NCBI GenBank assembly: GCA_963793265.1 | Contig: CAWBZI010000001.1 | Location: 1,184,001-1,248,000 of the forward strand | Direction: 5' to 3' | DNA from: an uncultured cyanobacterium | GTDB lineage: Bacteria > Cyanobacteriota > Cyanobacteriia > Phormidesmidales > Phormidesmidaceae | DNA length: 64,000 nucleotides | In this document: in pieces, positions 63,746 to 64,000 of the stretch | Position numbering within the stretch: the stretch's first letter is position 1 | Layout: every line of letters starts with the position of its first letter | Made by a program: the position numbers and the translations under genes | The notes under the pieces: generated by a model | What the model was told of the DNA's origin: nothing | The model's input: only the letters and a program-made list of their open reading frames with translations | Databases searched by the model: none

Positions 63746-64000
63746 TTATTCCTCATCTGCATTTGAGATTTTCTGCATCTTCGACTGCAGAGCAATAAAT
63801 TTCTCAAAGTAGCTTTCTGCAACGCTAGTTGCGATTTCTCTAGCAGTATCGCGGTTGTAGGTATGGCTCGTCCGATTGCGGTCTTTGATCATCTTCATCC
63901 AAGCTTCGCCATCTTCAATCAGGCCCAGCGTAAAGGCAGTTCGAGTGGCATCTTTAGATCCGTAGATATCGTTTCGGCCCCGGCTACTCAGAAAAGATTT
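63746..64000 (-). CDS. HEPN-domain toxin / nucleotidyltransferase substrate-binding protein (5' end outside the window)
   Basis: ...GSKDATRTAFTLGLIEDGEAWMKMIKDRNRTSHTYN...EE*; RNRTSH is the RxxxxH HEPN motif. Confidence 0.88.
   Translation of the reverse strand, partial: KSFLSSRGRNDIYGSKDATRTAFTLGLIEDGEAWMKMIKDRNRTSHTYNRDTAREIATSVAESYFEKFIALQSKMQKISNADEE

Larger units (their letters stand above)
1..64000. repeat. HIP1 octamer GCGATCGC dispersed throughout the window
   Basis: About 75 copies by approximate manual count (e.g. 24266, 44205, 49537, 54695, 56896, 58963, 62863), versus about 1 expected by chance. Confidence 0.97.

Overview
A 64 kb chromosomal window from a cyanobacterium. Evidence: about 75 HIP1 octamers (GCGATCGC) by rough manual count, plus psbN/psbH, sipA, ycf46 and a sigC-like gene. 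A Leptolyngbyaceae-like lineage is my impression only. Most of the window is core genome: gap1, rarA, typA, cbiX with a cobalamin riboswitch, tRNA-Lys(UUU), fba, pntAB, rpmH-rnpA-PH-yidC-jag-yceD, ycf46, sigC, SNF2, rpsP-khpA-phoH and psbN/psbH-tatA-pth. Accessory items are interspersed: three type II toxin-antitoxin modules (AbrB/Doc, ParD/ParE, HEPN/MNT), a TA-like small protein/aspartic protease pair, an NfeD-flotillin-flotillin operon, two orphan PAS histidine kinases, a non-phage GH24 lysozyme, and three large modular G8/beta-helix (CEMIP/TMEM2-like) proteins. The largest G8 gene has an in-frame TGA where its paralog has Trp. Several genes and remnants are absent from the ORF track: rpmH, psbN, a 55-aa membrane protein, a HEPN gene, and two pseudogene remnants. 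The most unusual signal is compositional: many HIP1 sites have G/T-rich sequence on their 5' side and C/A-rich sequence on their 3' side, even inside single genes of either orientation. No CRISPR array, rRNA, transposase or prophage was seen. All assignments come from motif recognition by eye; no database searches were run.
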